Made by a program: the position numbers and the translations under genes. The notes beneath the pieces were generated by a model. It searched no databases. It was not told the origin of the DNA and saw nothing but the letters and a program-made list of their open reading frames with translations. 64,000 bases of DNA from an uncultured Pseudomonadota bacterium (lineage in GTDB: Bacteria; Pseudomonadota; Alphaproteobacteria; Acetobacterales; Acetobacteraceae). The first letter of the stretch is position 1, and every line of letters starts with the position of its first letter. Below, in pieces: positions 19,333-28,354 of the stretch. The stretch is taken from NCBI GenBank assembly GCA_963745125.1, contig CAVUWB010000002.1, positions 249,092 to 313,091 on the forward strand, in the 5' to 3' direction.

Positions 19333-19734
19333 TCATGGCGCGGTAACCTTGCTCATCATGACCTCTAACGCACCCGACATCGCCTTGATTCTGGCCGCTG
19401 TTTCATTACCAAGTTGATGGCGCTCCGCGAGCCAGTGCAGGTCGTTGTAGGACAGCCATGTCGTGGCCGAGGCGTCCCGCCAGACCAGCGCTTTGAGCGG
19501 CAAGTCGATACCCATCGTCTGGCGGCTTTCCATCAGCGGTGTGCCGGCAACGGCATTGCCAAAAATCAGCAGGTAGGTCGGCGGCAATGACAGGCCCGCC
19601 GCTACCGCGCCGGCCGCGTGATCGATCTGGGCAAAGACCGTCATGCCATGGCTTAGCACCTCCGCCTCCAGCCGATTGACCGTCTCCTCCGGCCCATAGC
19701 TGCTTTGCAAGGTGATCAGTCCATCGGTCGTCAT
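19333..19734 (-). CDS. DUF302 family protein
   Basis: VFAQIDHA, LLIFGNAVAGTPLM, GIDLPLKALVW. Confidence 0.85.
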   Translation of the reverse strand: MTTDGLITLQSSYGPEETVNRLEAEVLSHGMTVFAQIDHAAGAVAAGLSLPPTYLLIFGNAVAGTPLMESRQTMGIDLPLKALVWRDASATTWLSYNDLHWLAERHQLGNETAARIKAMSGALEVMMSKVTAP

Positions 19735-19763
19735 GGCGCGCACTCCTGTGATCGATGCCTGGT

Positions 19764-21191
19764 TCAGGTGGCGCGCCGCCAGCCACGGCTTCGGGTGACG
19801 GCATCGCTGAATGCCTCGGCCCAGGCGGCCCCGGCATCGCTCTGGGGCGTGAATAGCCTGCCGCTGTCCGGCAGCGAGGCTGAAATCTCCATGCCCGGCG
19901 GACAGGCGAGGGCAGCGGCGCCGAGCGCCGTCAATTCATCGAAATCCCTGCGCAGCACGTCACGCTTCAGGACGTCGGCAAGAAATTGGGAGAAGTAGTC
20001 GCTTCGCGCCACGCCGCCATCGATCCGGATCGCGCCGGCGATCGGCGATTGGCGATCGATCTCGCCGATCACCTCGGCGGCGCATAGCGCGATACCTTCC
20101 AGCACCGCCTGCACCATGTCGCGGCGCGTGGTGCCGCCGGTCATGCCGATCCAGACGGCCGCCGCGCTCCGGTCCCAATAGGGGCAGGCGAGGCCGGATA
20201 GCGCCGGCACGAAGGCGAGCCCCCTGGCAATCGCGGGTGGCTCGGCGAAGGCGCTCAACTCGGCCACATCCGTGAACAGGCCGAGTTGCCCGGCCCATTC
20301 CACAGCGGCACCCGCATCATAGACGCCGCCATCCACGGCATAGGTGGTTTGGCCGTCGAGCCGCCAGGCGGCGGTGGGCAGCAGGCCACGCTCCGGCCGT
20401 TTGACGATCGCCTCCCCGGTCACCGCGAGGGCGAAGGCACCCGTTCCGAAGGTGATCTTGGCGTCACCTGGGGCGCGGCAGCCATGACCGTAGAGTGCGG
20501 CCTGCTGGTCAACGACCGAGGCGCGGACGGGCCCGTTCGCGACGCTGCCGAAATCCCCCGCACTGTCCAGGATCGTGGGCAGGCACTCCCCCGGCACGGC
20601 GAAAAGATCGCAGAGCGCCGCATCCCAAGCGCCGGTCTCAAGGTTCATGAGCGAGGTGCGGGAGGCGGTGGTCACATCGGTCACGAACCGGCCGGTCAGA
20701 TGATGCAGGAAGAAGGCATCCGTGGTGCCGAGGCAAAGCCGCCCGGCGGCGCCGGCCGCTTTTACCTCGGGCAGTTCTTGCAGCAGCCAGGCAAGCTTGC
20801 TCGCGGAGAAATAGGGGTCGAGCGGCAAGCCCGCCCGCGCCAGCGTTTCGGCCTGCGCGCCGGCCGCCGCCAGTGCCGCAATCGTTGCGGCCGTGCGGTT
20901 GTCCTGCCAGACGATGACCGGGGAGAGCGGCTGCTTTGTAACCCTGTCCCAGGCGAGGCAGCTTTCGCCCTGATTGGCGAGGCCGATGGCCTGGGCCTTG
21001 CCCGCCGCCTCCAGGCAGGCGCGCAGATTGGCCAGCAACTCCAGCGGGTCATGCTCCACCCAGCCGGGCCGGGGAAAGCATTGGCCATGCCGAACGGCAT
21101 GGACGATGCGCGGCGCGGTGCCGGGTTCCAGCACCAGGGCGCGCGTGCTCGTCGTGCCCTGGTCCAAGCCGATGATCCGCCCGGCACTCAT
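19764..21191 (-). CDS. FGGY family kinase, glycerol-kinase-like with altered substrate site
   Basis: DQGTTSTR, GWVEHDP, WQDNRT, YFSASK, TDVTTASRT, DQQAAL, TFGTG; NQGES instead of GlpK NQRET. Confidence 0.9.
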   Translation of the reverse strand: MSAGRIIGLDQGTTSTRALVLEPGTAPRIVHAVRHGQCFPRPGWVEHDPLELLANLRACLEAAGKAQAIGLANQGESCLAWDRVTKQPLSPVIVWQDNRTAATIAALAAAGAQAETLARAGLPLDPYFSASKLAWLLQELPEVKAAGAAGRLCLGTTDAFFLHHLTGRFVTDVTTASRTSLMNLETGAWDAALCDLFAVPGECLPTILDSAGDFGSVANGPVRASVVDQQAALYGHGCRAPGDAKITFGTGAFALAVTGEAIVKRPERGLLPTAAWRLDGQTTYAVDGGVYDAGAAVEWAGQLGLFTDVAELSAFAEPPAIARGLAFVPALSGLACPYWDRSAAAVWIGMTGGTTRRDMVQAVLEGIALCAAEVIGEIDRQSPIAGAIRIDGGVARSDYFSQFLADVLKRDVLRRDFDELTALGAAALACPPGMEISASLPDSGRLFTPQSDAGAAWAEAFSDAVTRSRGWRRAT

Positions 21192-22417
21192 GCGATGATC
21201 TCGGCGATGATGGTCCCGGTCTCACCGGCAATGCGCAGCGCCGTGAGGGGGATCAGAATCCGCCGCTCCGGCAGGGCGGAGATCGGCCTCTCGAACAAGG
21301 TGCGGTCACCGTGGCGCAAGCGCAGCCGCCCCGAGACAGCGTGCGCCGCGCGCAGCTCCAGACCCTGCTTGCCGAGGCGATTATCGGGTGCGGCGAGGCG
21401 CTGCGGCACGACCAGCTTCACCCCGGTTCCGGCCTCGACTTCCAGACGCGGTGCTGGCGCGGGCAGCCGGCCGTCCAGATCGGCCAGGAGGCAAAGCGCG
21501 ATTCGCCGACCTTCGCGAAAGCTCCAGCCCGCCGTTTCCACGGCGCGCAGAATATTGCCGGCGGCGAAATAGGCGGGGTCGGAGCAGCGGCCGAACTGAT
21601 CGATGGCGGGCCCCTGGCTCGCCGGGTCCAGCGCCAGATGGCTCGCGCGGATGAGCGATGCCTCGGGCAGGAATTGCCCGGTCAGCAGCACGCCGTCACA
21701 GACGATGTCGCGCACCACGCCGTCCCCCGCACGCCGGACGGTCACGGCTTCAACCCGTGCCGTTCCGTGGATGGCTTGGATCTCGCGGCCCAAGAGCAGG
21801 GGAATGCCCAACAGCCGGGGCAGGAGCGTGAGCGGAAAGCGGGCGGTCGGGCGGTTATTCGCCTCAATGACGGCGGCGGGCCAGATGCCATGAGTGCGGC
21901 AGGTGGCGATCGCCGAGAGGCTGACCAACTCGGTGCCGAGAATGACCGGGCGGTGGAAGGGGATGAGTCTGTGCAGGTTGATGTAGGCTTGCAGCGCCCC
22001 GGTATTGAGGACGCCGAGCGGCCGGTCGCCCGACAGCAGCCGCGCCGAGCGGGGCGTCTCCCGCACGCCGGTTGCGACGAGCACGCGCCGCGCCTGGATC
22101 TGTTGCCGCCCGTCCGGTATCGCGATCTCCAGCAGGCCGTCCGGCAGCAGCCGCGTGACGCTCTGAAGGCAGCGCATCTGCACGCCCGCCGCGCGCGCCT
22201 GCTCCACCAGCCGCCGCGCATAGGCCGGCCCGGTCATGATGCGGCCGAATTCCCGCAGCCCGTAGGGCGGATGCGCGCAATGCCGTGGCACGCCGCCGGC
22301 CTCGCTCTCGCGTTCCAGCACGACGACTTGGTGAATACCGCCTTGGCGGAGCGCAATCGCCGCCGAGAGGCCCGCCGGCCCGCTGCCGATGATGGCGATA
22401 TCGACGGTCTCAGGCAT
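21188..22417 (-). CDS. FAD-dependent pyridine nucleotide-disulfide oxidoreductase-like subunit
   Basis: IIGSGPAGL, GGVPRHCAHPPYG, ATGVRE, FAAGN; overlaps both neighbours (translational coupling). Confidence 0.85.
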   Translation of the reverse strand: MPETVDIAIIGSGPAGLSAAIALRQGGIHQVVVLERESEAGGVPRHCAHPPYGLREFGRIMTGPAYARRLVEQARAAGVQMRCLQSVTRLLPDGLLEIAIPDGRQQIQARRVLVATGVRETPRSARLLSGDRPLGVLNTGALQAYINLHRLIPFHRPVILGTELVSLSAIATCRTHGIWPAAVIEANNRPTARFPLTLLPRLLGIPLLLGREIQAIHGTARVEAVTVRRAGDGVVRDIVCDGVLLTGQFLPEASLIRASHLALDPASQGPAIDQFGRCSDPAYFAAGNILRAVETAGWSFREGRRIALCLLADLDGRLPAPAPRLEVEAGTGVKLVVPQRLAAPDNRLGKQGLELRAAHAVSGRLRLRHGDRTLFERPISALPERRILIPLTALRIAGETGTIIAEIIA

Positions 22418-23819
22418 CGGCGGGGCCGATCGCGAGTGGGGTGGTAAAGCGGCCCTCGGTCAGCGCGGCAAGGCGGGCGCCGCAATAGAAGCCCTGGCAG
22501 CGGCCCATGCCGGCGCGGGTGCGGCGCTTCAGCCCGCCGATATCGCCGGCGGGAAGCGGGCCGGCGAGGGCCGCTTCGATCTCCCGCTTCGTCACCAGCT
22601 CGCAATGGCAGATGATCTCGCCATAGCCTGGCTTGGTCCAGTCCCGGGCCTCATGTTCGGCGAGGACGGGCAGAGCGGCGCAGGGCCGGCTGTCGGCCGC
22701 CGCGCGAGGCTGCGGGCGGTGCCGGTCGCCATACAGCGTCGCCACATGCTGCGCGATGCCGAGCGCGCCGGTCAGGCCCGTGGAGCGGATACCGCCGGCC
22801 ACAATGAGATGGCGCGCCGCGTCTTGGCGGATCTGGTAGTCGGCGTGCTCCGTCGCCGGCCGCAGCCCGGCATAGGTCGCGGTGACGGGCATGCCGGCCA
22901 AGGCGGGAAGAATGGCGCGGGCCTTGGTGATGAGCTGTTCCATCACCTCTCGTTCCACGGTCGCGCGGATACGGTCCGTCTGCTCCTCCGCCGTCGGGCC
23001 GACGAGAAGGTTGCCGAAGATGGTCGGCGTCAGCACGATACCCTTGGTGCGCTCCGTCGGCACGGGCAGGATGATCGCTGACAGCAGAGGTGCGGCGGCC
23101 TTGTCGAAGACCACGAACTGGCCTTTGCGCGGCCGGATGCCGAAGGCGCGCCCCGCCTCCAGCCGGTCATCGACGATATCGCCCCAGAGGCCGGCGGCGT
23201 TGATGACCGTCTCAGCCGTGACCGGGTCCTTGTTCGTCTCCAATGTCCAGATGTGCCCATCGAACCGGCCGGAGAGCACCTCCGTCTCCCGCAGCACGGT
23301 CGCCCCATGGGCGATCGCTTGGTGGATATAGGCGAGGGGGGTGGACCAGGGATCGATGAGATATTCGCCCGGCACCAGCAGCCCGCCCAGCACATTGGGC
23401 GAAAGATGCGGCTCGCGCGCCAGCACCTCGGCGGGCGTGAGCGGGCGCACATCGGCGACGCCGTTCTTCCAGGCTTTGGCGGCGATCTGGTCGAGCTTGG
23501 AGACTTCATCCTCGGTCCAGGCTGCGAGGATTGCCGAGCTTTGCAGGAGCGGGAGGCCCAACTCCTCCCGGATGCCGAGAAATTCGGCGTAGCCCGCCTG
23601 AACGCACTGCCATTCAAGGCTGCCGCTGGGCGCATCGAAGCCGGTATGCAGGATCGCGCTATTGCCCTTGCTGGCCCCGGCCAGAATGTCGGCCGCTTTC
23701 TCGATGACGGTGACCCGCGCGCCCATCAGGGCGAAGCGGCGGGCGATGGCGCAGCCCACAACACCCGCGCCAATCACCGCGACATCGAACCGGACCGCCG
23801 ATGTCATGTCTTGATCCAT
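22410..23819 (-). CDS. DAO/GlpO-like FAD dehydrogenase with C-terminal BFD-like [2Fe-2S] domain
   Basis: VIGAGVVG, SKGNSAILHTGFD, KGQF, GNLLVGPTA, AGLRP, GIRSTGLT, ICHCE...GMGRCQGFYC. Confidence 0.9.
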   Translation of the reverse strand: MDQDMTSAVRFDVAVIGAGVVGCAIARRFALMGARVTVIEKAADILAGASKGNSAILHTGFDAPSGSLEWQCVQAGYAEFLGIREELGLPLLQSSAILAAWTEDEVSKLDQIAAKAWKNGVADVRPLTPAEVLAREPHLSPNVLGGLLVPGEYLIDPWSTPLAYIHQAIAHGATVLRETEVLSGRFDGHIWTLETNKDPVTAETVINAAGLWGDIVDDRLEAGRAFGIRPRKGQFVVFDKAAAPLLSAIILPVPTERTKGIVLTPTIFGNLLVGPTAEEQTDRIRATVEREVMEQLITKARAILPALAGMPVTATYAGLRPATEHADYQIRQDAARHLIVAGGIRSTGLTGALGIAQHVATLYGDRHRPQPRAAADSRPCAALPVLAEHEARDWTKPGYGEIICHCELVTKREIEAALAGPLPAGDIGGLKRRTRAGMGRCQGFYCGARLAALTEGRFTTPLAIGPADA

Positions 23820-23896
23820 CCATCCGGAGATCTGGTGTCACGCAACGGGTTGCTCAAGCCGGCGGTGCGGCTTGAACAACCCGTCTTGTGGCGGTG

Positions 23897-25435
23897 TCAG
23901 ACTTCGCCCACGGCCCTTTCCTCGGCCGCGATCTCCTTGGCGCGGGCGGCAACCGCGGCGGCGCCGATCGGCGGCCCGGGGAAGTGCTTCCGCGCGACGC
24001 CGAACCAGATGATCGCCAGCAGAACGATCAGCCCGATGAAGTAGTTGTCGAGGATATCATTGGGCGGCCGCGTTCCGATGTAGATGATCACCAGGCCACC
24101 GACCAAGCTGACGATCGCGAGCGGCTTCGACAGAACACCGAGGCGGAAAGGCCCGAACTCCGTCCAGCGCGACCCTTCCGCGAAAAGCCCCGCCGCGATC
24201 GGCATCGTGTAGGAGATATAAAGGAACATCGCGCAGCCGGCTGCCAGCGCCGCGAAGGCGGGGGAGTAGAGCGTGGCGGCGATCGACAACACGGCTGTCA
24301 GCCAGATCGCGGGTACGGGCGCGCGGTGGCGGGAGCTGACCTGACGCCAGAACTTGTGGCCCGGCAGGCCACCGTCGCGGGAGAAGGCGTAGACCATGCG
24401 AGAGGTGGAGGTGACACCGGCCAAGGCACACAGATAGTTCGCGAGCACGATGCCGATATAGAGGACATCCTTCATCAGCGGATTGACCGGAAGGGCAGCG
24501 AGCAGGTTGAGGATAACGTTGCTGCCGTCGGCTGCCGCCTTCGTCTGGTTCGGCATGGCGAGGATGAAGGCCCCGGCCATCGCCAGGCCGAAGACTGCCG
24601 ACCAGATGATGGAGTTGAGCATGCCCTTCGGCACGTTGTGCCGTGCGTCCACCGTCTCCTCCGAGGTATGGGCGGAGGCGTCGAAGCCGGTCACGGTATA
24701 GAGGGGGTAGAGCAGGGCGAGCAGGAAGAGGTAGAAGGGGCTTGTGCTGGCCGGCACGACACTGCCACCCGGCGCGCCCGAATAATTGTGGAAGCTCACC
24801 AGCCGCGACAGATCGATATGCGTCGCACCGACAAGCATGGAGAGCGTCAGCAGGACGGCGACGACCAGAATGAGATAGCCGGAGAAGTCGATCAGCCTCG
24901 TCGTGGTCTTGATACCGAAGTGATTGAACAGCGCTTGCGACAGGGTGATGATGACGACGGCGATCGTCTGCTGCTCAAGCCCCCAGCTTGACGTGTTGAT
25001 GCCGAAAATATTTCCGAGAATGAGGCCGGTGAAAAGAAGGTAGACGCCGACGTTGACGGAGGCGATGACGAAGATCAGGCCGAGCATGTTGAACCAGGCG
25101 GTGGCCCAGCCCCAACCGCGCCCGCCGAGGATGGAAGACCAGTGGTATAGACCGCCCGCCGTGGGATAGGCGGAGGCGATCTGCGCCATCGACAGGCCGA
25201 CGATCAGCGCAAAGCTGCAGCCGACGATCCAGCCAAGGATGGTGGTGAGGCCGCCGCCGGTGCTGAACCCGACCTGAAAGGAGGTGATGCCGCCGGCCAA
25301 GATACAAATAATTGAAAACGATACAGCAAAGTTGGAAAAGCCGCCCATCCGGCGCGACAATTCCTGCGCATAGCCCATCTTGTGTAGTGTTTCCGAATCC
25401 GCGGCAAGTATATCTTTGTCCGACTGGCTAGACAT
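23897..25435 (-). CDS. APC superfamily amino acid/amine permease (GABA/choline-type)
   Basis: MGYAQELSRRMGGFSNFA, YPTAGGLYHW, GFDASAHTSEET, SRMVYAFSRDG; about 12 TMs. Confidence 0.92.
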   Translation of the reverse strand: MSSQSDKDILAADSETLHKMGYAQELSRRMGGFSNFAVSFSIICILAGGITSFQVGFSTGGGLTTILGWIVGCSFALIVGLSMAQIASAYPTAGGLYHWSSILGGRGWGWATAWFNMLGLIFVIASVNVGVYLLFTGLILGNIFGINTSSWGLEQQTIAVVIITLSQALFNHFGIKTTTRLIDFSGYLILVVAVLLTLSMLVGATHIDLSRLVSFHNYSGAPGGSVVPASTSPFYLFLLALLYPLYTVTGFDASAHTSEETVDARHNVPKGMLNSIIWSAVFGLAMAGAFILAMPNQTKAAADGSNVILNLLAALPVNPLMKDVLYIGIVLANYLCALAGVTSTSRMVYAFSRDGGLPGHKFWRQVSSRHRAPVPAIWLTAVLSIAATLYSPAFAALAAGCAMFLYISYTMPIAAGLFAEGSRWTEFGPFRLGVLSKPLAIVSLVGGLVIIYIGTRPPNDILDNYFIGLIVLLAIIWFGVARKHFPGPPIGAAAVAARAKEIAAEERAVGEV

Positions 25436-25785
25436 TGGTGCGACCTCTCGAAGAAAATACGTCTTTCACGAATAGAAGCGATGATTACTGTGGGTTAATC
25501 ATCCAAGGCTGCGTCGTATCGAAATCTCTGCCGCTCGCGTTGAAAGGCAGCCAATCCTGCGCGCACCCGACCGTTCGGGCACGCCGAACGGTCGATTCAA
25601 TGCCCATTCAGTCATCTACTTGACACAATTCAGCGATGCAAGCTTCTTATTGCCTGCGCGATGAGAGCGCGGCGACCGGAGCTGGAGGAACCTCGGGTCT
25701 TAATTCCACGCTAAAACAATGAATTAGGGAGGAATAGGAAGCCGATGGCGAACTCATTCCGATCTAAATATTTTCGGAGCTGGCT

Positions 25786-26559
25786 TTGGGCCCGACGGAG
25801 CGACGAAACGCTATCTTGGACATGAGCCGTGCGGGTGCGAGCCTGGCGGTGGAGGAAATCGCGGATCGCTTTGGCGTATCGCGTGAAACCGTTCGCCGCG
25901 ATCTTGCCCGGCTGGACGATGCCGGCCTGCTGCGCCGCGTCCATGGCGGCGCGGTGGTACCACGCTTGAGCAACGAGCCGCCCTTTCAGGAGCGGCAGAT
26001 GCTGAATATGGAGGCGAAGCGGCGCATCGGTCTGGCCGCCGCTGCCCTTTTCGAGCCGGGTGACAGCGTGATGATCGATACCGGTAGCACGACCGAGCAA
26101 TTCGCCATGGCGCTGGCCGCCAAGACCGATATCACCGTCATCACCAACTCGAATCGAATAGCGATGGCGATCTCGGCGGGGCCGGGGAAAAATCGCATCT
26201 TCGTTCTGGGGGGCGCTTTTCATACCGAGACCGGCCAAATCCTGGGGTCTCTCTGTATCGAGCAGTTGGCGAATTTCAGTGTCGATCACGCCGTGCTTGG
26301 CGTCGGCGCGCTGAGCGCCGATGGCTGCCTGATGGATTATGACGTGGACGAAGCCGCTCTGGCACGGGCCATGATCGCACGGGCGCAGACGGTGACAATC
26401 CTTGCGGACCACTCGAAATTCGATCGCCGGGCCCTGATTACGATCTGTCAGCTTGAAACGGTGACGAAACTCGTGACCGATCTGGCACCCTGCGGCGCTT
26501 TCGCGGATATGCTGGCCGCATCCCGGGTTGCGGCCATCGTTGCGGCCGACGCCGCTTAA
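25786..26559 (+). CDS. DeoR/GlpR family transcriptional regulator
   Basis: FGVSRETVRRDL HTH, RVHGGA, IDTGSTT, ITNS, ADHSKF; divergent from the permease operon. Confidence 0.93.
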   Translation: MGPTERRNAILDMSRAGASLAVEEIADRFGVSRETVRRDLARLDDAGLLRRVHGGAVVPRLSNEPPFQERQMLNMEAKRRIGLAAAALFEPGDSVMIDTGSTTEQFAMALAAKTDITVITNSNRIAMAISAGPGKNRIFVLGGAFHTETGQILGSLCIEQLANFSVDHAVLGVGALSADGCLMDYDVDEAALARAMIARAQTVTILADHSKFDRRALITICQLETVTKLVTDLAPCGAFADMLAASRVAAIVAADAA

Positions 26560-26748
26560 TCGGTCCGCCCCGGTGCGGGCCGATTGCCAATACGAAATTC
26601 AGTTCCGTAGAAGATCTTTGGGGAGCGCCCGACAGAGGCAAGCATCGATATAGCAACGTATAAGTGGTTTCATGATTGAGGAGTTGGAATGTGCTGCGCG
26701 CCGCCCCACAATGGGCCGGACTTCGTAACCTTCCAGGGTGGGACCATT

Positions 26749-28098
26749 ATGGCATTGCGCCGAAATCTGGGGCTGATGGAGGTGGTCGGCCTCTCCTTGT
26801 CGATGATCGCGCCAACCACGGCCATGGCCTTTAACGTCACACTGGCGGCGGGCGTCGCTGGTGTCGCGGCGCCACTGGCCTTCGCCATCAGCACCGTGGT
26901 GCTGGTGATTGTCGGGCTCTCCTTCCTGGTTTTCGCGCGCCGCATATCCAGTGCAGGCTCTGCCTACGCCTATATCACGGCGGAGTTCGGACCCTGGGTC
27001 GGCTTCGTCGCCGGTTGGGCGCTTCTGCTGACCTACACCGCCTTCGGCTCGGGCATCGCCGCGCTTGTCGGCGTCTTTCTGGACGCGGCACTGGGCAACT
27101 ACCATCTCGCCTTTCCGAAACTCTGGGTTCTCCATGGCACGCTCGCCATCCTGCTCGCCGCCTATCTCGCCTATCGGGACATGCAACGCGCGACCCGGCT
27201 GATGCTGGTGCTGGAAGCGACGTCCGTCCTGGCCATCATCGTGCTCGGTGTCATCATCCTCGAACAGGTCGGCACTAAGGGGGGCCTCTCCCTCGCGCCC
27301 TTCATGCCGGACAAAACCGCTGGCTGGTCCGGCGTCGGCTTCGCCCTCGTTTTTGCCGTGCTCTCCTTCGCCGGATTTGAAGGTGCGGCGACTTTGGGCG
27401 AGGAAGCGGCGCGCCCCAACCTCGCGATCCCGGTGGCTGTGGTCGGGACGGTTATCCTGGCCGGACTCTTCTTCGTGTTCACCGCCTATGCTCAGGTCAT
27501 TGGCTTCGGACTGGGGAATATGAAGGCGCTGGCCAACGCGGCAGCGCCGCTCAATGACTTAGCCCTGCGCTATGTCTCGCGTGATTACGCGACGGTGCTT
27601 GACCTCGCGGCGACGATTTCCGCATTCTCCTGCGTGCTCGCCTCGCTGAGCGCCGCCGCGCGGATGCTTTTCGCATTGAGCCGGGCAGGGCTCGCGCCCG
27701 GTCTCGCCACCACGGTCCCGCAATACGGCACGCCCGGGCGTGCCGTCATCGCCATAGGCGCCGCCATGCTGGCCGGTGTTCTGATCTGGGCGCCCTTTGT
27801 CGGCGGCAGCAATTACTACGGCGATTTAGGCACGATCGGCACGCTGCTCCTTATTCTCGTCTATATGGCAGTAACGGCGGCGGCGGCGCGGTACGCGATC
27901 AGGCAGCGTGACTTCGTCTGGGCGATCTTCGGGGCGCTCGGCGCTGTTTTCATGCTTTGGCCGCTCTACAACTCGGTCTATCCGGTGCCCGCCTTCCCCG
28001 GCAATCTATGGCCCTATGCCGTGGTCATCTATCTGGTGATGGGTGTCGGGCTGCTGGCCTTCCGGCCGAGCCTTGGGCATGCGCCACTGACAGATTGA
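26749..28098 (+). CDS. APC family amino acid/polyamine permease
   Basis: SAGSAYAY, SFAGFEGAATLGEEA, ARMLFALSR, YGTP; start likely 26749. Confidence 0.9.
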   Translation: MALRRNLGLMEVVGLSLSMIAPTTAMAFNVTLAAGVAGVAAPLAFAISTVVLVIVGLSFLVFARRISSAGSAYAYITAEFGPWVGFVAGWALLLTYTAFGSGIAALVGVFLDAALGNYHLAFPKLWVLHGTLAILLAAYLAYRDMQRATRLMLVLEATSVLAIIVLGVIILEQVGTKGGLSLAPFMPDKTAGWSGVGFALVFAVLSFAGFEGAATLGEEAARPNLAIPVAVVGTVILAGLFFVFTAYAQVIGFGLGNMKALANAAAPLNDLALRYVSRDYATVLDLAATISAFSCVLASLSAAARMLFALSRAGLAPGLATTVPQYGTPGRAVIAIGAAMLAGVLIWAPFVGGSNYYGDLGTIGTLLLILVYMAVTAAAARYAIRQRDFVWAIFGALGAVFMLWPLYNSVYPVPAFPGNLWPYAVVIYLVMGVGLLAFRPSLGHAPLTD

Positions 28099-28354
28099 TC
28101 GGTCAATGTTCCGTCGCGTCGGCACTTAATTACGGTTTTAGATACCATTTTTTGCCAATGCGGCCACAACACTTGATGCGCCAACGGGAATTCATTATGA
28201 TCTACGGCGCCATTCGTGAGATGAAGCGCCAGGAACTGTATGTCTGACGCTGTACTGTAACAATGTCCGAAGATATTGTGCTGCCCTCAGCGTTAAGTGA
28301 TCACAACAAATCGCGCGATCGCTCTATGCTTTCGCAGAAATTTGGAGGTTCGCA

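Noticed and set aside
19764-21191. Calling the kinase glpK
   Set aside because: Substrate-binding NQRET is changed to NQGES and the context lacks glpF/glpD; no symbol assigned.
28099-28354. FNR/FixK box upstream of xfp
   Set aside because: TTGATGCGCCAACG has only one good half-site.
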